Below are positions 36,584-50,864 of a DNA stretch of 64,000 bases, in pieces (the first letter of the stretch is position 1; the number at the start of each line of letters is the position of its first letter). Origin of the DNA: Octopus bimaculoides (taxonomy: Eukaryota). Location: assembly GCF_001194135.2 (NCBI RefSeq), contig NC_068983.1, forward strand, positions 1,930,917 through 1,994,916. The letters run 5' to 3'. The position numbers and the translations under genes were made by a program. Under the pieces are notes generated by a model. It saw only the letters and a program-made list of their open reading frames with translations. It did not search any database and was not told the DNA's origin.

Positions 36584-37063
36584 GAGTTGGCGATAAACAA
36601 CATTTCTCAGTATAAAATCCGCTACGTTAACGTGTACAGAATACAGCATCTTTATCTCTTGTAAAGTACAACATCCAATTACAGTGATTTGAAATTTCAA
36701 ATCAAATATTGCAATGTATGAATTCTTGTAATGATATAAAAAGAAAATTATTTAGAAAATAATTTCGAGAAAAGACCTCGTCAAAATGCTGCTGACTCGC
36801 TCAAAAAAAAAAAAAAAAAAAAATTCAACACCCTCAAAAGATGGTTATTCGTTTATTCTATTATTCTTTTACTTGTTCCAGTCATGCTGGAGCACCACCT
36901 GAGAGGGTTTCAGTCGAAAAAAATCGCCCCCAATTACTTATTCTATCAATCTCTTTGCAGAACCGCTAAGTTACGGAGACGGAAACACACCAGTATCGGT
37001 TGTCAAACGATAGTGGAGGGGGACAAGCACTGACACAAACACACACACACATATATATAGTGT

Positions 37064-37421
37064 GTAGGCGCAATGACCCTGTGGTTAGGGCAGCGGACTC
37101 GCAGTCGTAGGATCGCGGTTTCGATTTCCAGAACGGGTGCTGTGAGTATTTATTGAATGAAATTACCTAAAGCTCCACGCGACTCCAGCAGGGGTTATGG
37201 TGAACCCTACTGTACACTTTCACCAGAACTTTCTCTCTTCGTGCTTCTGTTGTACCTATATTTCAAAGGGTCAGCCTTGTCACGCTGAATCTCCCTGAGA
37301 ACTTCGTTAAGGGTACACGTGTCTGTGGAGTGCTCAGCCACTTGCATGTTAATTTCACGAGCAGACTATTCCGTTGATCGGATCAACTGGAACCCTCGTC
37401 GTCATAACCGACGGAGTGGCA
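37064..37421 (+). mobile_element. SINE family C, full length
   Basis: tRNA-like head with A and B boxes (gtggttagggcag; ggtttcgatttcc). Reverse complement of 3187-3556. Confidence 0.85.
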
Positions 37422-38624
37422 CGTATGTATATATATATATNNNNNNNNNNNNNNNNNNNNNNNNNNNNNNNNNNNNNNNNNNNNNNNNNNNNNNNNNNNN
37501 NNNNNNNNNNNNNNNNNNNNNNNNNNNNNNNNNNNNNNNNNNNNNNNNNNNNNNNNNNNNNNNNNNNNNNNNNNNNNNNNNNNNNNNNNNNNNNNNNNNN
37601 NNNNNNNNNNNNNNNNNNNNNNNNNNNNNNNNNNNNNNNNNNNNNNNNNNNNNNNNNNNNTATATATATATATATATGTCGTTGAAAGCTCGAAATAGGG
37701 AGTAATTAGCAGCCGACAATTGCGAAGGTGGTTAGACTTCTGTCGCTATTTTGTCCCGTTACTTCTCTTTAATTATGTGTTTATGTATTGTTCATTCGTT
37801 GGTGATGTCCTGAATTTTACGTATTATGTGTATATATATATATATATGCACATGGGATGGGCTTTTGTTTTAGTTTCCACTCACAAGGCTTTGGTCGGCC
37901 GATTGCTGTGGTAGAAGACACTTGCCAAACGTTCCACGCAGACAGACTGAACCCGGAACCATGTGGTTGGGAAGCAAACTACTTACCACACAGTCACGCC
38001 TGCGCCTATACATCAAAACGCAATGAAAATTTTATTCAAAATAGTCTTTACTTGCTTTAGTGTTTCTTTAGATATATGGTACTGAAACAATGAATAAAAG
38101 ATGAATCTATCACGAGTTCTACGTATCTGAGTCTCTAACGTTTCTTAACACACATTCACATCACGAGTGTTGATTATATTCTGATATGTATATAAAATCA
38201 GTTTGTAAATAATTTAAAATATATAATCATTATAACGTTTCTTTCGTGATACCCTATTTCAAACTTTTGATAAATTACGAAAGTGAAACTCAGTGTTACG
38301 GTACAAGAATTCTCCGCAATAAATAATGAAAATTATTCATAAACAAATCAGTATGTAATTATTTGTCGATGACTGATTGATTCTGAAGAAATATTAGAAA
38401 CAATGGCCCTCATTCATTTAGTCATATTTCTAATAAAACATGATCTACAATTTATGAGTATGTGCATGCGGGTGTATATGTATGTATATATATAAATATG
38501 TACATGCATATGCACATATCTTTGAATAGATATACAAAGATATGTCTGCGTGTGCTTATGTCTGTGTGCGTACGTGTGTGGTTGCGTGTATGAGTGCGCG
38601 TATGTATGTGTGTGTGTGTGAGAG

Positions 38625-38655
<31 letters not shown>

Positions 38656-40773
38656 GAGACAGACAGACAAATAGACAGAGGGTATGTGTGTATAACTATA
38701 AATTCATANNNNNNNNNNNNNNNNNNNNNNNNNNNNNNNNNNNNNNNNNNNNNNNNNNNNNNNNNNNNNNNNNNNNNNNNNNNNNNNNNNNNNNNNNNNN
38801 NNNNNNNNNNNNNNNNNATGAGTGCGCGTATGTATGTGTGTGTGTGTGAGAGAGAGAGAGAAAGAGAGACAGACAGAGACAGACAGACAGACAAATAGAC
38901 AGAGGGTATGTGTGTATAACTATAAATTCATATATAGATAGAAACTCGAATATTCTATATTCTGAATTTGACATTTGCACATATAGTAACGGAATCACGA
39001 TATCGCATCAAAAGAAACTTTAAAAAAAAAATCAAAACATATCGAGTAGATTTTGGCTGGGAGATTAGTTTATGCAAAAATGTAGCCGCCCTCGGCTTCC
39101 ACTACAGACTCAAAATGGCCCTGGAACCTCCTGGCGCATTTATTCCTCACTATCCTTGAGATGATCTTGGTTTTAGCCACTGGCTTGATGTTGCAGGCTT
39201 AGCTGTCGGTCCTTTCTCAACCGTGGCCCACACAATCGAGGCAATTAGGAGACCAGATACTGAGGCTGGTGAAGTTGTAGAAATTTCCCGACAACCAATT
39301 CTGACAGTATCAGCAGAAGGAATGGCAAGGAGCCGAACCCTGCGGCCTCTTAGCAGCAACCTTCTACGGTTAGTAATTGATCATAGTCTCCAGCAGGTTT
39401 ACCTAGCCGTCTGAATTAAGCTTGGAGCGCTTTTCAAAGATGTGGGGATTATCTCCGACGTTGCGGACGCAGTCAGAACGCCTGCTGTGTCCCTTCCTGT
39501 TGGCCTTCCTCGTCGCTGTTACAGCTGTCCCTGTCATCCTTTACACTGTTCACAGAACAATCAGCAAGTCATTTTGTTGACATTTATTATGGCTGTTCTT
39601 CAAAAAAGAGGAAACATGCAAAAATCGTCATATTTAGTTCGAACACTGTATACGCATTAAAACATCTCCCTACACACACACACCTATATATGTATATATA
39701 TATATTAACTCTTCGAAACGCCAGTGTTATAATGGTGGCAACTGATGAAGGAAATGTTCTCTATGTGGCCTGCGTGTTTTCTGTACCATGTTTATCATTT
39801 TGTCCATGTTTTTTGCAACGTCATGTACCCAGATATGCACCTATATATACATGTAGATGAAGATATGTACATACATGTACATATATATGCATATACTCAT
39901 ATATTATTTGTGTGTGTGTGTGTACACACACACACACACACACACACTGTGTGTATGAAGGTAGGCTAATTGACAGTGTGTGAGCCCGACTTCTGCAATG
40001 GGTTGTAATTTGTGACATTGAGCAAAGTACTCCACTCTCTTTGCTCATGTCTTTTCCACTGAAAATGAGAATCAGCATAATACTGCTACATCGATCTTTC
40101 CACAACGCCGATAGTTTCGTGATTCGGTTAACTTCAGGTTGGGAAGACCGACACACTGCCTACATCTACCTGCGACTAAATTGGCAGCGGAATCTTTTAG
40201 TGAAATTACTGCATATTTTACCAAGTTTTACTGGCTTACAAATGTCGGCGACGGCTTATCGAGACGTGTGTGTGTGTTAGAGAGAGAGAGGGGCGAGGGA
40301 GATAGAAAGAGAGAGAGAAAAGAGAGAATGTGTGAGTAGTGAAACGATATGCTTAGTTCTTCATGAAAGAACGGGATGAAAGAGAGAGCTCCTGACGAAA
40401 TGTATTCATTGGTGTCTAATCGACTTAATTTAATTAGTTCGAGAAAATGAATTAATGAAGAAAGAGAAAAGATACTATTTTCATAGTTCTTGTAAAATGT
40501 AACAAAAAAGACTCAGAAAATTGTAATCGTTTAAAAATGAAATGGATGCATGTAGTGGTGTGTACGATTACTGTACATTTAGTATAGTCAGAGGGATGAT
40601 TCGTTCCTATAACTCTTCACCAGCGAAGCTTTGTCACATTAATAAATTGCAGAAATTTAGAATCAATGTCTAAGTCTTTCAGAATTCAGTGAAATCTTTT
40701 TCACTGATTAAAATATTTCCAAATATGGCGTGTGAACATTTTCCAAGAACGCCTCAGTACGTGCTGAATATAT

Positions 40774-41005
40774 ATTCTTTTATTCTTTTACTTGTTTCAG
40801 TCATTTAACTACGGTCATGCTGGAGCACCACCTTTAGTCGAGCAAATCGACCGCAAGACATTTTTCTTTTGCAAGACTAGTACTTATTCTATCGGTCCCT
40901 TTTGCCGAACCGCTAAGTTACGGGGGCGTAAACACACTAGCATCGCTTGTCAAGCAACGGTGGAGGTAGAAACATGGAGACAGACAGACAGACACATACA
41001 CACAC

Positions 41006-41044
<39 letters not shown>

Positions 41045-41205
41045 GATGGGCTTCTTTCAGTTACCATCTACCAAATCCACTCACAAGGCTTTGGTGGTCG
41101 GCCCGAATCTATAGAAGATACTCGCCCAAGGTGCCACGCAGTAGGATTGAACCGGGAACCATGTTGTTGGTTAGCAAGATACTTATCACGCAGCCACTCC
41201 TGTGC
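40774..41205 (-). mobile_element. SINE family A, full length
   Basis: Reverse strand runs from head (aggagtggctgcgtgataag...ggttcaatcc) through a (TA)n middle to tail ggtggtgctccagcatgaccgtagttaaatgactgaaacaagtaaaagaata. Confidence 0.85.
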
Positions 41206-44200
41206 CTATATAGTTAATTCTGCTACAGTGCACCACATGCATTTTTCGAATCAAAAGATTTGATCAACCAAAATTTACGTCCGTTCTTTATTTTCAACTG
41301 AGTGTGTAAATTCAGGGATATTGGTTTGCGATTTCTTGTAATCTCTCTATTACATGGAAACTTTCTTTAAAATATGTCATTGGTGTATCAGAAATGGTTG
41401 ATTGCGTTGGACCGTTTCATTCGGAGCATGTCAACGCAATAGTGTTGCCGATAAAATGTCAGCTAGTCTATTTGTAACTGATGTCTTGAAATAATGTCTA
41501 AGATTGGTGCAGGTGCAAACGCTGAATAAATAGTCAGATAAATCGGTGTTCTTTGTGAAGCATTTTTTTATTGTCCTGAAAAGCGATGCTGGAAAATTGT
41601 TGGTTGATTATATTTGAATGATTTAAATGAATACGAAAAGTGTCCAATAGCATTTCAGATCCTCATAAGCTGGTAATATTGATATGGTTGATGTTCAGTT
41701 TAACTGTAGTAAATAAGAGAAAATAATAGGAAAGGAAAACCCCAAAAGCAGAGAGGCGTTGTTTCACAAGAGAAGTTTTAGGATGAATTGTTTGGTACAA
41801 TGTATGTGAAGTGAAATCCTGCGAGGAAAGAGCGTTGTGTATAGTTAAATCTGGAAAACACTCATTATTTCAGTAGCAATAGAGAGAGAGACAGACAGAA
41901 AGCTTTCAGGAACCACTTGTTGAATCTTGATTGATTTCGATTAAATCTTTTTTTTTCTTCCGTATTTGTTCTCGTGTTTATGAATGCAGCAGCCAGTATA
42001 GTCCTAAATTTACTGACAGTGTAACAGAATAGTACTTATATGAACTGTCAGACATGTGATCTATTTGCTGATTAGACAACTGAATGTCTCACGAGGTGCG
42101 TTTTATTATCAAAGCATTGAAAATTAACTGTTCAAACATAAAATTTCCAATTCTGGAGTGAAAAGTTGCATTGCGAAATGTTTTAGGAGAGTGAAACATT
42201 TCTGTAATAGAACAGTTTCAACACTATCCTATTTCCAGATAGAATAGATACGTAGCAGTTTTAATGTCGCAATTTGAACCTAAATTCTTTTTTTTCAATT
42301 AAACGGTTTTAACAACCAACGAAACAATATCTTACAAATTGAGTGATAATGACGTCATGACCAAATGTAACCATTGATGTGTAACCAGTTCATATCGACC
42401 ACACCCAAAGTTGTTGATTGGAAATCAGTTAAGCTTTCATTAAACTAAACCCGATTTATAAAACAGAAGCGAACAACAGGAAGACGAACAGTGCTGGACA
42501 GTGCTGCACAGATAGTGATGCAATCGTGGATTGCTTTCAACAACCTGACTGGTCAACAATTTCGCAAAATATAATGGTCAAACAGATACTAATTCAAAAC
42601 CAACCATGCACCTCTCTCTCTCACTCTCTTCTACTTTCTCTCGTCCTCTTACTTTTTCTTTCTCTTTCTATTTTATTTTCTCTCTCTACCTACCTATCTG
42701 TCGATCTATCATTTTACCTATAGCTATCTATCTGCCATCTACACAGAATCACACAAGCAGCTCAACTAAATTATCATGAGAACATTCTGCTATAGAATTA
42801 GGCCACGACATTAAACTCGTCATTCCGACTCCATTCAGCATTTGTGTTCTATTCAACTACTACCAATAATAAAACAGAAGAACTTAAGACGACAAACTTC
42901 TATTATTTTGCATTTAACCCTGATGTCGAGTGTCATTCATATTGTCAGCCGATGAAATATAATTTTATCAATGCATTCGGCCAAACAAATGTTGCTGCCT
43001 TTAATATTCCCGTCAGAGTTGACCACCAGGTCTAGCGCACATGTACATTTAGAATGTGAATATTTCATGTTAAAGATGTATGTTGAATAGTATTTGTGTG
43101 GTAACACAGTATCTAAATAATAGAATGTTTGTAAAAGCTCAGTGATAGGGGAGAAATATTTCTTGTCTTAGGATTAATATGAATCAATAGTTACAGAATA
43201 ATATTTAAATTGTGTCCATTTCAGAAATAATAACACGTACAACTTAGCGTATTCACATTCACTGTAGATATTTCACAACGAATTAATGTAGAAGGTTTGA
43301 AAATTTTATACAATTTTCTCGCAAAATAAAATTATAAATTGAACTGCATCTATTCGCCATTAAATGCAGGAGGGAAAGCAATTGTTTACAATTTAGCGGA
43401 ACGATGTGCCTTGCAACGGGTTGCGAAGACACTTATTGTAGGATACATGTTATCTTATATACGAAGAAATGTGTGTACTGTAACCTTTCACTGTGAATAT
43501 GTATGTGGTGAAGAAGTAACTTATCAACCATATTTAAATCTATTTAGAATGTGAACCATACCCAGTGAAAACTTTTCAATACTGTTCATTTTCCTTATCT
43601 ATTGCATATGATTCCAGAAAGATTTGTGTCGAATCAATGAAAGTGTATTATTAGAGCAAAAGTGAATAGGTACCAAGATAGAGTGACAAATTGCGCATCT
43701 GTGCACTAACTGAGCGCGTACAGATACTCACGTACTTAGTAATGTAAGTTCGGATTTGTCCTTCACGTTGTGTATACATTCACAAGTATGGATCAATTAC
43801 ACAGGAGTATAATCCGGCACGTATTCCACGGTCCGCTATAAGCTCAAGGTCCAACGCAGGAAAATTTCTGAATGTGGCAAAGTATAAACTATAGCACAGA
43901 TCGGCTGAAGTTCACTACAGTTGTTTCAGACGTGTGTTTTATTAATGAACAAAACAATTACATAGTGTAAAGGAACCGTTTTCTTCAGGTAAATTAAGAG
44001 TAAAATTAGGCTTCTGGAATTTTTCATACAAATAGTATAGAATGCATAATAACTCTCTCATCTCGGTTCCAGCAGAGAAAATGAATAGGGAACGTTATTT
44101 TGATGTTGAATATACATGGTAGTAAATTTATCAACACGTTCAAGGAATTGAAATAGAGGAAAAAACAAAAAAGAGAAATAGGATGGGGAAAAAATAAAAA

Positions 44201-44789
44201 AGAAGAAAAGGTAAAGAGAAAAAAAACTCATCCCACTTCAAAATGTTAAAGGATTTCTCTCGGGCCTAAGAGACAAGAGGACAAAATAGCTCGCCAACAC
44301 CTGCACGTTATCAAGATAAACACAAGAATAAACAACTAGGAATAAAATTAAAATGAGATGATGTAAAAAAAAAAATCACCTCAAAATAAGAGTAGATGGG
44401 GCGCCAAGGAAGGGGCCATAAATAGAAAGCTTGTATATAAGCGGAGCATGCAGCACACACAGACTCGAAAACACACGCACGCAAACACACACATGCATAC
44501 ATATATATATATATATATATATGTATACTATATTGATATGGCGATAAACATTAATTCTCAGCAGAGTAACTACTTTTGTCTCTTAGAGATTTTCGAGCTA
44601 TAAATATATATATGCATATGTGTATATATATACATGTGTGTGTGTATATATATGCATACAAGCACACATACAAACAGTCAGGCAGACATATACACACACA
44701 CACACAATATGTATATAATGTGGTCTGGAGATTGATATAAGCAACGACGTTTTGTTTCACGTACAGATGGTGGCCATGTGCAAGCAAAA

Positions 44790-45385
44790 GGCCGGATGAA
44801 CTCTGAGGACCTTCAAAACAAGGGACCAGGGAACAATGCAGGTCCTATAGAGCACAATTCTACTCAGTTGTCTGGGCTAGTGTTCTTAACTGTGGTCACC
44901 CTATTGTGTCAAATTAGTAGTGGAACTTGAGTCAGTTCAGCGGTGCTACCCCAAGACGATTGCGTCAATAGGACACCTGACCTATTGGGAAATACTGAAA
45001 TAGCTCCGGCTCTACACCGCCGGAGCGAAGACGGAGGAAGTATGGGTGATATGGGTGTTGGAGATCCTAGACAAGCTGGCACCAAGCCTTGGTATCGAAA
45101 GTTATACTAACCCCGAATCGGACGTCACTGATCTCTTCCATAAACCCCAAGACCTTGCCAAATGAGCTGCGGGATCTTCAAGGAGTAGGGGTAGATGTTT
45201 TCAAGAGACACATTGGTCTCACTCCGAACCTATATCACGGCAAAAGCCTCAAAAGAGGACAGCAGAAATATCAAAATCCCTCCTTCGTCGAAAGACAATT
45301 ATATATGAATGGCCACTGAAAAGGTGATGGCAAGGAAGGTGCTCCAGGATGGCCACAATCTCAGGACTTCAACACATAAAGGCAT
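44790..45385 (+). mobile_element. CR1-like LINE 3' fragment, decayed
   Basis: LTYWEILK.LRLYT...RRRKYG...LAPSLGIESYTN and LPNELRDLQGVGVDVFKRH match the CR1 ORF2 C-terminus. Ends ggtgctccaggatggccacaatc. Confidence 0.75.
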
Positions 45386-46779
45386 AAGAGAATTAAAGAA
45401 TATATGTATGTATTTGTATGTGGATATGCATATATATATATATATGTGTGTGTGTGTGTTTATATGTATACATATATGCGTATCTAACTGCAGATGTATA
45501 TATGCATATATATGTATTATATACATGCACAACATATATATGTGTTCTGTGTGTATTTAATGGGAGCGAAAAGAGAGGGAACTGTAAATCTGACTAGAGA
45601 GAGAGAGACGTGTAATCAGTGTATCCGAATTTATTTATGTTTAACAGCTTTGTACAACTTCGCTCTGGGGAAAACTAATTTGCCATATACTCCAGCTCCT
45701 TGAAAACAGTGTCCAAACTTGGAATTACCGATATTTCTTATTAATTGATTTTAGTCAATGATCATTCGATCCAGCTTTACAATGAAAGGAAAACAGCTTA
45801 AGGCCACATAAAAAAGGCTTCACATATTACACCTGGCTCAGCCAAAGTTCATTATGGCGTTCTTTGGATAAACAATTTATATATATTATGAATAGAAAGT
45901 CACTGCAGAACTAGATACGTGTATGTGTGCTTGTGTCTGTTCACACACACACACACACACACACATATATTATACATACATATACACATTTTTAACTCAT
46001 ACACGCAGACGCAATCACTCCGAAAACGCAGATGCATACACGTTCAATTTACATATGTATATACGCTGGCGCTAGTATAGTCGTTTGCTTTCATTTGTTT
46101 ATCATATTTAAAGATTTTCACCGTTCTATTAAATTATGGCACTTTTAACAAATGAACTATGCCGCAGCGTCTACATCTCTGCTTCAGAACAGAACATCGT
46201 GAAGAAGTTTAATAAGCTGGCTTCCAAACACTACAAAGGTCATCAGCCCTTGTGAGAAAATGAGTTTCTTTACAAATATGTTCACATGCAATGGGAAGAG
46301 TAATGACAGAAAGGATTAAAAAAAAAATAATTTGTAATGGAATTTCAATCAATTGACCGTATCAATTTGAAAAGAAACCTCTCTTTCTCTGTATTCCCTT
46401 TTATCTATCTCGCTCTATTTATCTATATTATATTATATTATATTATATATATATATATATATATNNNNNNNNNNNNNNNNNNNNNNNNNNNNNNNNNNNN
46501 NNNNNNNNNNNNNNNNNNNNNNNNNNNNNNNNNNNNNNNNNNNNNNNNNNNNNNNNNNNNNNNNNNNNNNNNNNNNNNNNNNNNNNNNNNNNNNNNNNNN
46601 NNNNNNNNNNNNNNNNNNNNNNNNNNNNNNNNNNNNNNNNNNNNNNNNNNNNNNNNNNNNNNNNNNNNNNNNNNNNNNNNNNNNNNNNNNNNNNNNNNNN
46701 NNNNNNNNNNNNNNNNNNNNNNNNNNNNNNNNNNNNNNNNNNNNNNNNNNNNNNNNNNNNNNNNNNNNNNNNNNNNNNN

Positions 46780-46819
<40 letters not shown>

Positions 46820-46844
46820 TACAAGTATATATCTATGTGCGCGT

Positions 46845-47046
46845 GTCTTTGTGCCTGTGCTTGTCACCCATCACCGTTTGGCAACCGGTGCTGGTGTGTT
46901 TTCGGTCCCGTACCTCATCTGTTCAAAAGATAAGTACTAGGCCTAAAAGATAATTCCTGGGATCGATTTGTTCGACTAAAACCCTTCGAGGTGATGCTCC
47001 AGCATGGCTGCAGTCAAATGACTGATACAAGTAAAAGGATAAAAGA
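46845..47046 (+). mobile_element. SINE family A, 3' half
   Basis: ggcaaccggtgctggtgtgttt...gatcgatttgttcgactaaaacccttcgaggtgatgctccagcatggctgcagtcaaatgactgatacaagtaaaagga. Confidence 0.8.
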
Positions 47047-47381
47047 ATATATGTGTATGTGTGTGCATGTGTATGTCCATGCGAATGTGTATGTGTGTGC
47101 GAATTTATAAGCGTATAAGTTCACACACAGAGGCACATGCCCACACATACACACACGCACATACAGACGGACGGATGGATGGCTATGTTTGTGTGATTGT
47201 AACAAGTACAGGGGCATGTATATATGTGTGAATTTTGAAGAATGGCTGCACAGGTGTTTTTACTGTCTTCGTTCCAGGTCCCTGCATTCCGAGGTAGAGT
47301 CATGCCGAGTTTGACTCGTGACATCTCACGTTTTTTGGTTGCAGTACCGGTCATGATCTGCAAATTATCGCACACCTATGC

Positions 47382-47445
<64 letters not shown>

Positions 47446-50400
47446 ACATGTATCTATCAATTATATATATTTACAATATTGCATGTTTTGATATTTGGAA
47501 TATAGCAATGGTGGTCATCCTCATTAAAGTGATTGAGTGTTCAGATCGACCGAAATATTGACTTTAATCCGTTACGAAATTTTTCACTCTTTCTTTGTCG
47601 AAGCGTTACTTCACGAGATTTGGAATGAAAGTTGGGTGAACTGGAACTTAGAGGTCGGAAAGCGAGATTCTTAGTCGAACATTCATAACTATCTATTGAT
47701 ACAAATTTGATAGACATAAAATAAGATTGATTGTTAGCATGTATCGTTCAAGTGTTGTGAAATGTTGGAGATGGAAGCAACGTGACACTTGTTTTATTTA
47801 AATTAATTCATGCTAGGAATCTTATCTAAATTTCCAAATATTAACAAGATTTTCAAGAAATAATCAACTTTTGGTAAAGGAGGAAGTTAAAGTTTCATCT
47901 GGCAAAAAGCAAGTCGGCGTATGACAATCTGTGAAACCCCTCCAGCACTCATTAAATATCTCTTAACACATGTTTGTATTTAACGTTGTCCACTCAATTT
48001 AAAGTATTCGGGTTGTTGTTGTTGTCTGATGGTAATTCATTACCACCACCACCCTAACCCTATCACCGTCTAGGGCAATTACCTCACTAGTCTATTTTAG
48101 CGATTAGAGTAAACAATTAGACGTAGGTGTATTTCACGGAAAGAATAGGATTTAACGGTTCTTATGTTTACCAAGATGTGCGCGCTATTAGACCGATGAC
48201 GTAAACCATGCTCCATACGTCACCACGGCCCTGATACCTAAATATACTCAGAAAAACAACGAATCATCATTGTATTTCTAACCACTATACAAACGTAACA
48301 AATATATGACTACGTATTCTATCTTTTTTTTTTATTTGCTGAAACGGAAATAATAAACAGCATAACATGATAAGATATGTTTATGTGGTTTTACTTCCTG
48401 TGAAGTATCAACGTGGATGTAATTATGCACGCTAAAGTGAAGGCAATGGCATTATTTAATGTGTGTGTGGGTTAGATGTATGTGTGAGTGTGTGCGTGTG
48501 TGAACTTTCATGATATAAAATAGATGCGAATAGCAATTTTGTTTCCAATTGTATTTTTGTTTTTGCATATGATTTGTTTAATTTTAGTTTAAGGCAATAA
48601 ATATTTTTCTTTCAGCAATTAGTATTCGTTTCATCATTTTCTATAAGCACCAAGAAATTTAAGAAAGGCTAAATCATAATTAATAATAAATCTCTGAACG
48701 AGGTATAAACAGTAGCTGCACGACAAGCTACAGTAGCATCCACCCTTAGTGGTTAGCCACACTTAAGTGGCAAATATACTTCACGTTAAATTATAATTAT
48801 TGTACGTATGCCATATTTCCTGATAGTATCCATATTTCCTGATAATATCCATATTACAAATGTGTGTTTCTAAAGTTCCGTGTCATATGGCGAGTAATAC
48901 ACTAGTTTATATGGGTATATATAATTACATTACTATTGTCCTATCGCTTCATTACACAATGAAATCATAATGCATTTGTGTTCGTTTGAGTTTCTGTCAA
49001 GCTTCAATACAAGCTTCAAAAGCTGGTAAGGTTATAGCGAGCTCTGACTGTAGAACTTTAACTCAGCCTCTGTACTGGCTTCATACAACACCATAAAGGC
49101 TTTCAATGGATTTTGTGTTTTACGGAAAATAAAAAAAATTGCCTCTGCTTTCAGTTTATAATTAATTATTTTTTCAGTTTTTTTTGTGATTTGCAATATT
49201 TGTTGTCATAATTATAACACATACACACATACATACATGCTGATATGAATATATATGTATACATATATACATTTATGCGTGTAATGCATGTACACACACA
49301 TATGCGTATATATATAAATGTATATACATATATACATGCATATATTGTGTGTGGAGTGTTAGGTGTGGTGTACTGAAATTCAATATTGAGAAGAAAAATC
49401 GTCAGAATTTTTGAAAAATCTATCTGTCAGTCTGACTACCTATTTATCTATCTAACTATCTGCCGACCTATGTTTCTATCTATCTGTCTCTATTGTCATG
49501 GAACCTCACCCCCACCAAAACAAAATGTGTTCTCTTCTTCTAAACAAAACCCCCAAACCAAAAGACATGTTTTCTATAAAAGAACAAGCTGTTTGTACAT
49601 TCACAAAATTTTATTTGACAAGTTCGAGAAAGAACGAACGCGTTAATAATAATGAAGAAATAAAAAAGATTTTTTTTCCTAAATTCTGACGGCCTCTCTC
49701 TCTCNNNNNNNNNNNNNNNNNNNNNNNNNNNNNNNNNNNNNNNNNNNNNNNNNNNNNNNNNNNNNNNNNNNNNNNNNNNNNNNNNNNNNNNNNNNNNNNN
49801 NNNNNNNNNNNNNNNNNNNNNNNNNNNNNNNNNNNNNNNNNNNNNNNNNNNNNNNNNNNNNNNNNNNNNNNNNNNNNNNNNNNNNNNNNNNNNNNNNNNN
49901 NNNNNNNNNNNNNNNNNNNNNNNNNATATATATATATATATATATAGTAATATTTGGGGATGGTGATTTCTTTTTGTGCTTGCCAAATAGACACACGCAT
50001 TATATATTCGTTGTTCACTAGTTTATTACTTTTCTTTTGACATTAGGAATCTTGCGACACAGATTCATAAGCATGTATATATACGTGTGTGTGTGTGTGT
50101 GTGTGATATCTTGGTCCTCTCCATCTCAAACTCTAACCTACAGTCTAGAAAAAGTATATATAAATATGCTAATCCCGCCAATTTTCCAATCGCAACTTAC
50201 CTGCATATCTTTTGTGCGTACAGTTGAAACTCGGAGTAGCGAGGGCCTGACTGATGTTATAGATGTAAATATAGATGCGTTATTGTTATAGACATATATT
50301 GTGATGGAGTTATATAACCATCATATGTTTATATATTATCACATTAATATATTTTCTTCGTTTGTTTAATTTCAGGTGATTCAACGACTTCCAATTTCTC

Positions 50401-50864
50401 TCACAAGAAACCTTCTACGGATATAAAGTCACTACAACACAATGGTTAAGACAGTGCATCTCTCAAAAATGTGTTTACAACACCTATTATTCTTATAGAA
50501 TGTCTAGCGCCGTGTAACTAATATAACACAACGATCGCAATAGAACTATCAAAATTCACTTCATATTCCAACTTTTTCTTTTCCTCAAATAATTCACCAT
50601 CATTGCTGAATTAATAATTTCATCCAATTTCAATATTAAAGATTGCTTGATACATTTGCGATATGGATCATATTAGGACGTAATACACACACACACACAA
50701 ATATATGTAGTGAGATTATATATATACATATGTATATATGCATGCATGCATGTGCAAAATATGTACGCACTACATAATAATGCTTTAATTTCATAAAGAT
50801 AACTTCACGGTAACTGTTGAGAATTTAAACATTGAAATCTGTTGGTAATTCATTGACAAGAAAG

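Noticed and set aside
38575-38935. Direct duplication of about 120 bp on either side of an N-gap
   Set aside because: Typical scaffolding overlap artefact at a microsatellite-bounded gap.
39120-39560. GC-rich block with several short overlapping ORFs
   Set aside because: Looks like a decayed LINE fragment. No diagnostic motif or splice sites found, so left unassigned.
46337-46933. Long ORFs spanning N-runs (also 37319-37719, 38542-38998, 49540-50018, 62948-63292)
   Set aside because: They are open only because of assembly gaps and (TA)n/(CA)n tracts.
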